Shown piece after piece: positions 1 to 11,958 of a stretch of 64,000 nt of DNA. This DNA comes from Macrostomum hystrix (lineage: Eukaryota > Animalia > Platyhelminthes): contig CATNEN010000003.1 of NCBI GenBank assembly GCA_950097015.1, positions 3,720,001-3,784,000 on the forward strand, in the 5' to 3' direction. The notes below the pieces were generated by a model. That model saw only the letters and a list, made by a program, of their open reading frames with translations, searched no databases and was not told where the DNA came from. Positions within the stretch are counted from its first letter, which is position 1; the number at the start of each line of letters is the position of its first letter. The position numbers were made by a program, and so were the translations under genes.

Positions 1-40
1 AACAGTCAGAACTCTGTGTGAGTGTTCTTGATGCGTACAG

Positions 41-698
41 CACGGGCGGAGCCAGGGGAGGCAAGGCGTCCCCCTGTTAGTGGCGTCGCCCTTGTAGTGG
101 TAACCCGGTAGTACTCGCGCCCCCCCTAGTACTGACGCCCCCTAGTACTGGCGCTCCCCCTAGTACTGACGCCCCCTAGTACTGTCGCTCCCCTAGTACT
201 GGCGCTCCCCCTAGTACTGACGCCCCCTAGTACTGGCGCTCCCCTAGTACTGGCGCTCCCCTAGTACTGGCGCTCCCCTAGTACTGGCGCACCCCTAGTA
301 CTGGCGCCCCCGTAGTACTGGCGCACCCCTAGTACTGGCGCTCCCCCTAGTACTGGCGCTCCCCTAGTACTGGCGCTCCCCTAGTACTGGCGCTCCCCTA
401 GTACTGGCGCTCCCCTAGTACTGGCGCACCCCTAGTACTGGCGCTCCCCTAGTACTGGCGCACCCCTAGTACTGGCGCTCCCCTAGTACTGGCGCTCCCC
501 CTAGTACTGGCGCTCCCCTAGTACTGGCGCTCCCCTAGTACTGGCGCTCCCCTAGTACTGGCGCACCCCTAGTACTGGCGCTCCCCTAGTACTGACGCCC
601 CCCTAGTACTGGCGCTCCCCTAGTACTGGCGCCCCCCTAGTACTGGCGCCCCCTAGAGGCACGTCCACCCCAAGAAAATAATCCTGGCTACGCCACTA
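41..698. mobile_element. hAT-type MITE with internal 19-bp minisatellite
   Basis: Imperfect TIRs CACGGGCGGAGCCAGG (41-56) and CCTGGCTACGCCACTA (683-698). Exact 8-bp TSD GCGTACAG at 33-40 and 699-706; 8-bp TSDs are typical of hAT. Confidence 0.85.
105..655. repeat. ~19-bp minisatellite (CTAGTACTGGCGCTCCC[C])n
   Basis: About 28 visible tandem units, each containing the palindrome TAGTACT; lies inside the MITE. Confidence 0.95.
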
Positions 699-848
699 GC
701 GTACAGTATCAGCGTGCTCAATATTCAGTGGAATTGGCAGAAGCACCTACTCGCTGGCTTCAGGTCGACTTTAGTTTTTATAATGATATAAATTCGTACA
801 GAGTTATTATACACGTTTAACGCCAAAACCATTTTGTGCTAGGTGTAC

Positions 849-3234
849 CTGCTGGAGAGTCCTCTCCATCAATGCTAGATTCGGCTCGTCAAACAGCATG
901 ATCCAAGCCACTCCGCCAGGTAGGGAGTTGGGATCATACCTGCTGAAGGCGTTGTAAATATCACTATCTGAGCTGCTGTTATCCACCTGGTGAACGCTGA
1001 ACAGACGAGTGGCGAAATTAACCAGGAATTGACTGCTAGCTGCAAAAAAAGCAATCCAATTCAAAGTTTAAATATATAAAAATAAAAACGGCCCTTTCAA
1101 GGACACTTTAATTTTCGGATTTTGAGTAATTTGAGCAAACCGAGGGAGGTTGTAGCCTAGTGGTTAGGGCGTCGATCCCACGACTTGAAGGTCGGGGGTT
1201 CGATTCCCGACTCCACTGAAACAATTTGTGTCCTTTAGCAAGACACTTAACTCTGCATTGCTTCAGTTCACCCAGCTGTTAAATGCGTACCAGCATCAGC
1301 TGGGATAATTGAAGGTGGTTGTGGCGTACGCCCAGTCCATGGACTGAACAGCTGTACGCAGCCTTCAGATGCGCCGCGCATTAGCTGCGGCCGTGCTATC
1401 GGCTGCACACCTGACCCAATCGGGGCAGGTATAATCAATTAAATTAATTCTTAATTGTCCCAAAAATATCACGAAAAAAGTGTTCAAAGGTTCGAATTAC
1501 CAGGGGTACCATCGGACACCGCAACGAGCGTGTTCCATTTGTAGACAGCTGATACATCGTACAATGCGACACTCAGATGAAAATTGTCTATTTCAATTTC
1601 GAATATATTCGGCGTGCCTGGCGGAAAGTTGAAGACCTTCTTGCGGATGACAAAGTACGGAATGCCTAGAGAATAGGACGCAATGGCCAGACTGATGTAA
1701 TAGTCTGAGATCACGGCCGCGACACCGAAGGACACAAGACTCGATTGAACTGAAATCGGCAATGAAATCTATTAGTCACTTGTTGATAAGTTAGGCCGAT
1801 AGTTGAAATTCAAGCCATTTCTAACCGGTTTGCGCGCCAGAAACACCCTGCTGATTGGCATCGATTGATAACAGGACAAAGTCGACAGATAGGCCGGTTT
1901 TAGCAGCGTAGGGAAATCTGGCCCTGGACAAGCTGGGATTGCTGACCAGTGTCTTCAGGTAAACAAACACGTTGAAGTCTTCCACGGCTGCAGAGGGATT
2001 TTGCGATTGGTACACGAGTTGAACGTATATTGAATATTTGAGAATATTACATTCATCCGGAATGGATTGCTAGTCTATTCGATTGAAGTTAATAGAATGG
2101 ATTGCTAGTCTATTCGATTGATGTAAATAGCATGGATTGCTAATCTATTCGATTGATGTCAATAGCATGGATTGCTAGTCTATTCGACTGATGGAAATAG
2201 AATGTATTGCTAGTCTATTCGATTGATGTCAATAGCATGGATTGCTAGTCTATTCGATTGATGTCAATAGCATGGATTGCTAATCTATTCGATTGATGTC
2301 AATAGCATGGATTGCTAGTCTATTCGATTGATGTCAATAGCATGGATTGCTAATCTATTCGATTGATGTCAATAGAATGGATTGCTAATCTATTCGATTG
2401 ATGTCAATAGCATGGATTGCTAATCTATTCGATTGATGTCAATAGCATGGATTGCTAATCTATTCGATTGATGTCAATAGCATGGATTGCTAATCTATTC
2501 GATTGATGTCAATAGAATGGATTGCTAGTCTATTCGATTGATGTCAATAGCATGGATTGCTAATCTATTCGATTGATGTCAATAGAATGGATTGCTAGTC
2601 TATTCGATTGATGTCAATAGCATGGATTGCTAGTCTATTCGACTGATGGAAATAGAATGGATTGCTAATCTATTCGATTGATGTCAATAGCATGGATTGC
2701 TAATCTATTCTATTGATGTCAATAGCATGGATTGCTAATCTATTCGATTGATGTCAATAGCATGGATTGCTAATCTATTCGATTGATGTCAATAGCATGG
2801 ATTGCTAATCTATTCGATTGATGTCAATAGAATGGATTGCTAGTCTATTCGATTGATGTCAATAGCATGGATTGCTAATCTATTCGATTGATGTCAATAG
2901 AATGGATTGCTAGTCTATTCGATTGATGTCAATAGCATGGATTGCTAATCTATTCGATTGATGTCAATAGAATGGATTGCTAGTCTATTCGATTGATGTC
3001 AATAGCATGGATTGCTAATCCATTCGATTGATGTCAATAGCATGGATTGCTAGTCTATTCGATCCAATCGCAATAACATAGTACCAAGAAAGTAAAATCC
3101 AAGCTAAACGCACCAATAACCAAGCTCCGGGTGCCTCTAGTTGCTTGAGCATCAACTCCTGTTGGTGTGAAACACGCCAGCACCAGAATCAGCAGCAACA
3201 TGCAAGTGATACATGTGTGACAGTTTGTTATCAT
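849..3234 (-). CDS. uncharacterised secreted protein (multi-exon, 3' end uncertain)
   Basis: Phase-consistent GT-AG model: exons 3234-3114, 1987-1826, 1749-1501, 1039-849 (three phase-1 introns, then a phase-0 donor). Hydrophobic signal-like N-terminus MITNCHTCITCMLLLILVLACFTPTGVDA. Possible last exon 768-760. Family not recognised. Confidence 0.6.
1144..1440 (+). mobile_element. tRNA-derived CORE-like SINE (family 1)
   Basis: Pol III A box TAGCCTAGTGG and B box GGTTCGATTCC, followed by GTGTCCTTTAGCAAGACACTTAAC...CTTCAGTTCACCCAGCTGTTAAATG, which resembles the MIR/CORE domain; AT-rich tail; intronic. Confidence 0.8.
2060..3062. repeat. 35-bp minisatellite (GATTGATGTCAATAGCATGGATTGCTARTCTATTC)n
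   Basis: About 28 tandem units filling most of the first intron of the secreted-protein gene. Confidence 0.95.
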
Positions 3235-3719
3235 TGTAGCTAGGGCTCTTAGTAGCGCCAAGGCTCTGTATTGAAAGTCTTAGTTCAAGAATGTCTTGCA
3301 AAAACTATTAAGAAGAAGATGTGAATATATAGGCCACTCTCTTTATCTGTCTCTCTGCTTAGCAGTTGAAGGTAAAGACAGAAGAGTAGAAGGGACAATA
3401 GAGAATTATAACAAAAACACTGGACCCTCAGCTCCAGCTGTACAGTAAGTTGTTTTCGACAAACCTTTCTCATTTGATAAAGCTTGGCGCCCATTCTTCA
3501 TTGCTCAATTCTCATCTCAACATTGTCTAGTTTTATTATTGTTCAAAAACATTGCGCATCTTCCCAATGTCATTGCAAATACTTAATGCTCATATGCGCT
3601 TTCAGACAGATAATGCCCATTGTGTCAACATCAAAGACATAAGATGCAAGTCATGTGAAAATGCTACCTGGATTTGCAGGCCACTTAACAGAATTAGCTG
3701 AAAACCGCGTCTCTAGGAT

Positions 3720-4980
3720 GGATGGGATAATAGTCCTATCCCATTAGAATCCCAGTGGGAAAATACTCCTATCCTATTAGAATCCCAGTGGGAAAATACT
3801 CCTATCTTATAAGAATCCCATTGGGATAATACTCCTATCTTATAAGAATCCCATTGGGATAATACTCCTATAATATAAGAATCCCAGTGGGATAATTATC
3901 CTATCCCATCAGAATCCCATTGGGATAATACTCCTATCTTATAAGAATCCCATTGGGATAATACTCCTATCTTATAAGAATCCCATTGGGATAATACTCC
4001 TATCCTATTAGAATCCCAGTGGGGATAATACTCCTATCCTATTAGAATCCCAGTGGGATAGTTATCCTATCCCATAAGAATCCCATTGGGATAATACTCC
4101 TATCCCATAAGAATCCCAGTGGGATAATACTCCTATCTTATAAGAATCCCATTGGGATAATACTCCTATCTTATAAGAATCCCATTGGGATAATACTCCT
4201 ATCTTATAAGAATCCCATTGGGATAATACTCCTATCTTATAAGAATCCCAGTGGGATAATCTCCTATCTTATAAGAATCCCATTGGGATAATACTCCTAT
4301 CCTATTAGAATCCCAGTGGGGATAATACTCCTATCCTATTAGAATCCCAGTGGGATAATACTCCTTTCCTATTAGAATCCCAGTGGGATAATACTCCTAT
4401 CCTATTAGAATCCCAGTGGGATAATACTCCTATCCTATTAGAATCCCAGTGGGGATAATACTCCTTTCCTATTAGAATCCCAGTGGGATAATACTTCTAT
4501 CCAATTAGAATCCCAGTGGGATAATACTCCTATCCTATTAGAATCCCAGTGGGGATAATACTCCTATCCTATTAGAATCCCAGTGGGGATAATACTTCTT
4601 TCCTATTAGAATCCCAGTGGGATAATACTCCTTTCCTATTAGAATCCCAGTGGGAAAATACTTCTATCCAATTAGAATGCCAGTGGGATAATACTCCTAT
4701 CCTATTAGAATCCCAGTGGGGATAATACTCCTATCCTATTAGAATCCCAGTGGGGATAATACTCCTATCCTATTAGAATCCCAGTGGGGATAATACTCCT
4801 ATCCCATTAGAATCCCAGTGGGGATAATACTCCTATCCCATTAGAATCCCAGTGGGGATAATACTCCTATCCTATTAGAATCCCAGTGGGGATAATACTC
4901 CTATCCCATTAGAATCTCAGTGGGGATAATACTCCTATCCCATTAGAATCCCAGTGGGATGATACTCCTATCCCATCCCA
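3720..4980. repeat. 33-34-bp minisatellite (GAATCCCAGTGGGATAATACTCCTATCCTATTA)n
   Basis: Tandem units with the dyad core ATCCCA-n-TGGGAT. Confidence 0.95.
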
Positions 4981-5388
4981 TATATTTTACTAGTGGGATA
5001 ATACGGCACCTGTCGCATAAGGAAGAATGTTTTAAAAGCAGCAAGGCACTAAAAAGAAAGCATGGTTCGAATTAAACCAGAAACAAATAAATGCTTTAGC
5101 AGTAGAAAAATATTTCGAAATGTACTCGTAGCACCGATATGTCTATTTTTAGTCACCGACAAAACTTCCGAGATCAACTTAGTTCACACAGAATTACAAG
5201 TGAACATCGAGCTTTAAAAAATCGATTGCTAAAGTAAATCGAGCATAAAATGCGCACGGTTCAATGGTACTTCAAAAAATGGTACCAGAATAGTCGCTAT
5301 AAATTCCAGCAAATGGTTTGTCAGTACTCGTGTTGAGCTGCCAGGTAAGATGAGAAAATCATCGTCAATTCAATAAAGGCCGTAAAGT

Positions 5389-7902
5389 TCACGCGGACAC
5401 GAAGCGGTTCAACTTTAGACGCAGAGGTTGCACAAGGACAGCTGCTGACGGAACAGGGCCAGGCGAGTTGCTCCAGCTCAACAGACGAGCGCCTGTTCTG
5501 TCGGCTCTACCCCAGCCGACCGAGGCCAGCAGCGGGCAGGTCGGCAGGTCGGGGTCGATGCCGCGGTCAAGCCAGTCAGACACTGGCCAGAGAAAGTCTG
5601 GCTTACCGCCAGGCAAGTTGATGACAGCCAGTGGCTGCGGCGACAGCGGGTGGTACAGAGCGATGCGGTGAGCTTTGAGCAGGCTCACGCAGAGAAGCTT
5701 CTTGCCGTAGCCAAGCAATGTGGGCTCTGCGGCCACCGTCTCGGAGGACGGCACCGGGCAGCTGTACAGGAACTCCTCCGGCTTCACCGAGCAGTTCCGC
5801 CCGGTCAGCAAGTGCCGGGTCACGCGGAGTCTACGAACCTGACCACGAAGTGGGTTGGTGATCACCATGGTGACGAGGACGCCATCCGAATCGGCGACGA
5901 AGCCGCACTCCGAGCCGCCGAGACTGCTGGGTCCGCGGACAAGGCTGAGGCGGTGGCAGTCGCAGCACACGAAGGTGACCGCAGAGGCGGAGGACGAGGC
6001 GCCGCAGCTCAGGATTGCAAAGTAGCGGATTCTGTCATCGTGTGAAGCCTCGAATGGCGCTTTGACCTCCAGGATCATCAGCGTCGCGTCTCCGCTGGCC
6101 ATCGGGGGCAGGTCAAGGACAAAGTCTGGCTTACCAACCGATAATGGCTGCCGATAATGCCAGTTGATATCGAGAGGGACTGAGTAAAAGTTCAGACAAT
6201 CGAAGGGTGACAGAACCAGCAGGTGAGCTGCGTCGCACTCTTGGCACAGGCGGATTGCCAGGAAACCTCGCGAAAGAGACTCGCAAACGCGCTGCAGAAG
6301 TGGCACCTGCAGATCGACGACATCCTTGAGACTGCCTCGCCTTTTGCACAGATAATTATATCGATCGTAACTGCGGCGCAGTTCCCTAACAGTTTTCTGA
6401 ACAATGAACCAGTTAAGCGCCCACCTGCGCAGCACTAGCTCAATTATTCTGCCAGCGCTTCGAAGAGGCTCCTGGACAAAATATTGAAACAGGAGATAGC
6501 GATCCTGACGGTTCAGCAGGAAATCGGCGACCGCAGGCTGCTCCAAGTCTTCGCTAAAAATGGCACTAAACACATCAGCCTGTGGGGTGATATAGTTGAA
6601 GTTGAATGATCAACAAACCTGGCTAAATGAAGATCATTGTAAAGAACTTTTAGCGATCATTATTACACACTTTTCAAGTCTAACTTGTAATTGCCAATTT
6701 CCATTACGCAAGATAAAGCTCTTACGAACAAACAAAAATAGCCATGGAATGTACATTACGAGCGCAAAGTAAGAACAGGTAGCAAGAAAACATAGCAAAA
6801 TTCTGAAAGAAGATTAGGGGAGATGAGATGAGAAAGGATGAGATGAGAGGAGATGAGATTAAAGGATATGAGATGAGATGAGAGGAGATGAGACGAATGA
6901 AGATGAGATGAGATGATATAATATGAGATGACACGAGATGAGATGAAAGAAGATGAAATGAGATGAGATGAGATGAGATGAGATGAGAGGAGATGAGATG
7001 AATGAAGATGAGATGAGATGAGATGAGATTAGATGAGAGGAGATGAGATGAATGAAGATGAGATGAGATGAGATGAGATTAGATGAAGAGGAGATGAGAT
7101 GAGATGAGATGAGATTAGATGAGAGGAGATGAGATGAGATGAAAGAAAATAAGATGAGGTGAGATGAGATGAGATGAGATGAAAGAAAATGAGATGAGAT
7201 GAGATGAGATGAGAGGAGATGAGATGAATGAAGATGAGATGAGATGAGATGAGATGAGATTAGATGAGATGAGATGAGATGAGATTAGATGAGAGGAGAT
7301 GAGATGAGATGAAAGAAAATGAGATGAGGTGAGATGAGATGAGATGAGATGAGATGAAGAAGATGAGATGAGATGAGATGAGATAAGATGAAAGAAGATG
7401 AGATGAGATAAGATGAGATGAGAGCTGTCTGCTTAATCAGTTCACCCACCCCATCTCTCACCCAATCAAATAGAATTAAAAGAGTGATATAATAGCAGCT
7501 CAAAAGTGTATTAAATTGACCGGATTGTGGAGTAGAAATTCGACATAATCAACCATTGCTTACATCGATCAGTATGCCAAGCGCGTGTGTACAGTTTTGA
7601 AACATATCTCGCAATTCAGCAGCTACAGTTTCCACTTCGAGTTTATTCAACACAACGCAACTCCGCGCAGCCAGCCGACTCGCCTGCCTGACAGTGTAGT
7701 CGCTGCGGCTGCCGCAGAGCCGCCAGGATGTCAGCGTAGCGGAATTCAAAACACCGCTGGCGTCCACACGGGAACGCCAGGTGCGACTGACGAGACGGCA
7801 ATTGGCCAGACTGCGAGGGTCCAGACGGTGCAGGATGGCACTGAGAACCAGATCCGGGATGTGCCAAGCCATTGGATCGCGCCTGGCTGACCTTGTCTGC
7901 AT
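5389..7902 (-). CDS. F-box domain protein (~509 aa, 2 coding exons)
   Basis: Exon 1 7902-7564 (alternative ATG at 7872) encodes the F-box motif IPDLVLSAILHRLDPRSLANCRLVSRTWRSRV. Donor GAT|gtaagc and acceptor ccccacag|GCT join in phase 0 to exon 2 6579-5389, which is open to the stop. Confidence 0.8.
6815..7423. repeat. (GAGAT)n microsatellite
   Basis: Degenerate pentanucleotide run within the F-box gene intron. Confidence 0.95.
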
Positions 7903-8027
7903 TCCTCTATAGCTGCAAAAATGCCAGTTCCAGATTTGCTGATAGATTTCAAAAAATGTAGACAACTAGCTTGAAATAGGTTGATACGAAAGAAGCCAGG
8001 AAAGCAAGAAATCTATTATTTACACAA

Positions 8028-8262
8028 TGGGGGTGAGTGGCAGAGCGGCTAACGCGTTTGCCCCTCGCACCGAGGTCCCGAGCTCGATTCCGCGGCGAGG
8101 CCACATTCATTTGAGGCGCAGCCGCGGAGAGAAGGCTTGCGGGCTGGTCGTGAAATTCACGCCCTGTAAGGCCAACCTCAAAGGCACAGTAAAAGTGTTA
8201 AACTGCCTGACGATGAGAATGTCAGGGGCAGATGTACACACCTGTGTGAGCGTGTGCCTGCC
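8028..8262 (+). mobile_element. tRNA-derived SINE family 2, 3'-truncated
   Basis: A box TGGCAGAGCGG and B-box-like GCTCGATTCC; aligns by eye to the full copy at 43207-43582. Confidence 0.8.
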
Positions 8263-8482
8263 TGAAATAGAAAACAAACAAGAACACAGACGGACAAAGG
8301 AAAGGCTGTAAACAAACAATTGAAACAGTAGCTCGATGTATTAAAATGTTTAAACTGAAAACTAAGCCTACAACCATTTGTAGGTTTGCTGACGTCACAC
8401 GACTTGGAAAGTGCGTTGATCGTAAAGTTCGGAACATTTCGATCCATGATGTGGACTTTCACGAATGTCAGTCATTCAGTCA

Positions 8483-9150
8483 GTCACCGCCGGGCAGGCT
8501 GACTAAAATAAGAGGCTGTGGAAATTTTGGTTTCTACAAGAGTCACGCAAATCAGCTGGTTGACGTGGCCAATCAGAGCAGGCTTGGCAGCCGACACCTC
8601 GGAGAATGGCACCGGGGCAGTTGTACTGGAACTCTTCCGGGCGCATCGAACAGTTTGGCCCGGTCAATACGTGGCGAACAATACGAAGTCTTCGAGGCTG
8701 ACCTATCTGCTGTTTGGTGATCACCATGGTAACGAGAACGCCGTCAGTGCCGTTGATGAAGCCGCATTCGTCACCTCCAAGGCTGACTCGGCTGCGGATG
8801 AGGCTCAGTCGGCGGCAGTGGGAGCGGACAAAGATGACGGTGTCTTGGTGTCGCCATCGTTGCTTCTCATGATGGCGAAGGCGGCAAAGTCTGACCTTCA
8901 GGACCTGCATACCCTCTTCATCTCAACCCACAATGCCGCCAGGCAAGACGTCGTGCGGCTGGTTGATGACTGACGGACTCTTGCCATAGCTGCTAGAGGC
9001 TGGGGGCAGAGACCAGAGCTTGAGCTGCACGACCTTGCTCAGAAACAACAGCTGCGTCTGCTTGCAGGTCGCGCACTCGTGCGTGGCCATTGTGGATTCA
9101 AGGACGAGAGCCTCAGGCAGGCCGATGACGGCGTGCGTAGAAAATGCCTT
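8483..9150 (-). pseudogene. decayed paralog of the F-box gene C-terminal exon
   Basis: GGDECGFINGTDGVLVTMVITKQQIGQPRRLRIVRHVLTGPNCSMRPEEFQYNCP matches GGSECGFVADSDGVLVTMVITNPLRGQVRRLRVTRHLLTGRNCSVKPEEFLYSCP. In-frame TGA at 8925-8923. A frameshift near 8615 is followed by PVPFSEVSAAKPALIG in another frame, then a further indel before VSLPGG. Confidence 0.85.
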
Positions 9151-11070
9151 ATTAGTAAACGGAGCAGATTCAATAGGGAAGCAAATGTCTTGCCTAAGGA
9201 CACAAATAGCTTTCCTAAGTGCTTATCGATTCGAATTGTCGGTCAGAAGTTCGAAGCTTTAAAAGCTGAGCTACAATAACTTCCAGAATCGCAAAACATC
9301 GGCATCGTTGAGATATAGTTCTGGAGCCGATATGTTACGAAAAACTAAAAAAACGCAACAAAAGAAAATAATCCGAGCGACGAAACTACGAAACAATTAT
9401 TTAGTAGCAAATCTATTTCCGCCATACAACACAGATCATACTAAAAGTTGTTTGACACAAAAAATACGAAAGTCATTAACTTAACAAAAGTTCGCTTAGT
9501 TTGGACTTTTAACTTAGCGTTTGTATATTTTCTCAACTGATCGAGTAGGTATATCAATATAGTAGTACTCCTTTATTATTCAAGAATCCTGGCTTTTCAA
9601 AACACACACATACAGACAAATAGAATTGTTGCAAGGCATTTATAATACCTAGCTAATGTTTTTGATCTTAATTTGTAAAATTGCTTTAAACTGTATTTCT
9701 TTCTGTCTGGCTTGTACTGGATTATACAATCAAAGCAAGGAACAAAAAAACTAACGCAAGCAACGTAGAGCGTTAAAAGTAACGAATTTATGTTTTTCAA
9801 ACACTTTATAGGATAGAAATTCATACTTATCACCAAAAATACAGAATAAAAGCGACAAAAAACCGACTAATCGCAGTGCCATTGTGTGTGTGAGTTAAAG
9901 TGAGTCAGTGCTGTCTGTGCCTTTATTCACAGCTTCAGGGATAAATAAATATTAATTAGCATTCGCAAAGCCAACAGCGCAAACTTAAAGAGAATATCAA
10001 CATGATAAACCAACTACACTACACTGTAGATGCTTGTGCTCATATGTGCCAAATAATATAATGAAATTGGTGTGATCTGTGTTTTACGTATGTTTTATTC
10101 TTTTTATAGTACACAATTTTATGCGCCTCTGGGCAAAAGGAACAATGAGATAATCGTGATTTCTAAGAATAATAATAAAGCGCATCATAAAACAGCGGTT
10201 ATCTAACAAGAGAAGCGCAAAAAGAACACAACAAACCAATGTACTTTTACTAAAAGTACACAATTTTAATTTGCAGCCTAAAAAACAACGGATAATTGGA
10301 CCCGCGTATAACTTAGTATTTCCTACCTACTATGGTGGTATTGCACGATTGGGCCTGTGTAATTCTGGATAAATATGATAGCTGACTTGACAGTATATTT
10401 TTCTAAAACAGAAAAACAGGGAAATAAAAAATGTATTTATTGATAAAATTCGGAATAAGAAGACAATTAGACGAAGCAGCAGGAGCAGCAGCAGTAGCAT
10501 AAGTAGCATGTTAGCAAAACAAACTCCAATCTAACAGTAACCAAAGATCAGAAATAAGCTTAGTAACTTGTTATTATGAAGCATAGCAGACGGAATCATC
10601 AGCTCAGTTGGATGACTGAGTAGGCGAAATTAAGAGCATTCACTCTTTTAAATATTTGCGAAATATCTGAGCCATCCAAATGCTGTGCGACAAAAAACTT
10701 TGATACAAATAATTAAATTCAATTGGCTATATAAACACCAATATACTACTGCAAGTAACTAATGAGTTAAGATTTCTGTTAAAGTGTAAGGTTGTACGAG
10801 CGATATGACAATAAAGGTAAGTTTAAAATGATTATCAATAATGCAAATAATCCATACTATTTGTGTGTTATAGCCGCAGACGAGAAATATCATTTAAAAA
10901 ACTCATTAAAGTGGCTAAAAACAAATTCAAGACAAGCGGAGATTCACATTTATAACAAACTTAACTATTTTCGGCAATTAGGGGTAATTGTTAGTTTTTT
11001 AAATTAAAATCAAAATGAAGAAGAGTAGAGTAGACATGGTTAGGCCTAAATATTGATAGAACGTTAATAG

Positions 11071-11266
11071 TAGAGGTCGACTAAAAAATTAGTTCGTTAT
11101 TGAAATTTTACGGGTTTAACGATTTTACAGTTACGTAAATTTTCCGGGTTTGCCCGTTTAAAAGTTACGGAAATGTTCCAATTTTAACCACTTTTAAGTG
11201 CCGTAAATTTTCCAGATATTTTTCAATTCTTTAATAAAGGAATTGCATTTATTTTTTCGACCTCTA
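11071..11266. mobile_element. possible old MITE
   Basis: Perfect 10-bp inverted termini TAGAGGTCGA / TCGACCTCTA with adjacent A and T tracts; no clean TSD. Confidence 0.4.
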
Positions 11267-11958
11267 GTAAAAACATTAGATTTTGTTTTATATTTTTTAA
11301 CGGGTATACTTGTATACACGCTAACACCTCTTATAATATACTATAGAATGCAAAACCAAAAAGTTGACAGACACGGGTTTTTCATAGAGATGCAAGCGTT
11401 AGCTAGCTTCCTATACCAGCTGTCATTGCTAGAAATAAAATCAACAACAACAACAAAATTAGGAGATCTATTTCAAGACTAAAACGACACCAACTCTAAT
11501 AACACAATAAGCACGATATTTTTTAATGACAATAACAGCAATGTTCAGTTTTTTATGGTACGAGAAAGACGAGCTTAAGAATGCGAATATTTTATTTAAA
11601 CTAGTTTATAACTAACGAAAACAAAAAGTTAATTTAAAAGAAAATGGCCTCTGCTCCAGGGTAAATTTTAGATTATATAAATTAATTAACATGGCGACCA
11701 GTCTATAAAACATGGGCAAGTTAAAGCAAAATTAAGCAAAATATTAATTAGAACAAGAATGCATAAACTCAAGAAACTCTCAGGTTATCTTCATAACTAT
11801 TTGTTTCTTTTTCAGAAAAAACCCTCCAGATAACCCTTCTGCAGACTTTGCCGAGAAATCTCTTATTTTGTCATTTGTTTGTCAGAGGAAAAAAAGAAAG
11901 AAACAAACATTTAAAGTATAATAAGCACGGAGATTTTGTTCTTGTTGTTTCAACATCT

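Noticed and set aside
1144-1215. tRNA gene
   Set aside because: The tRNA-like head continues into a CORE-like body with degraded copies elsewhere and no oligo-T terminator, so it is a SINE.
2040-2075. Satellite unit supplying the splice acceptor of exon 2 (tag|CAATCC at 2069)
   Set aside because: A better phase-1 pair exists (ATT G|gtgcgt at 3114 and ccctctgcag|CC at 1987).
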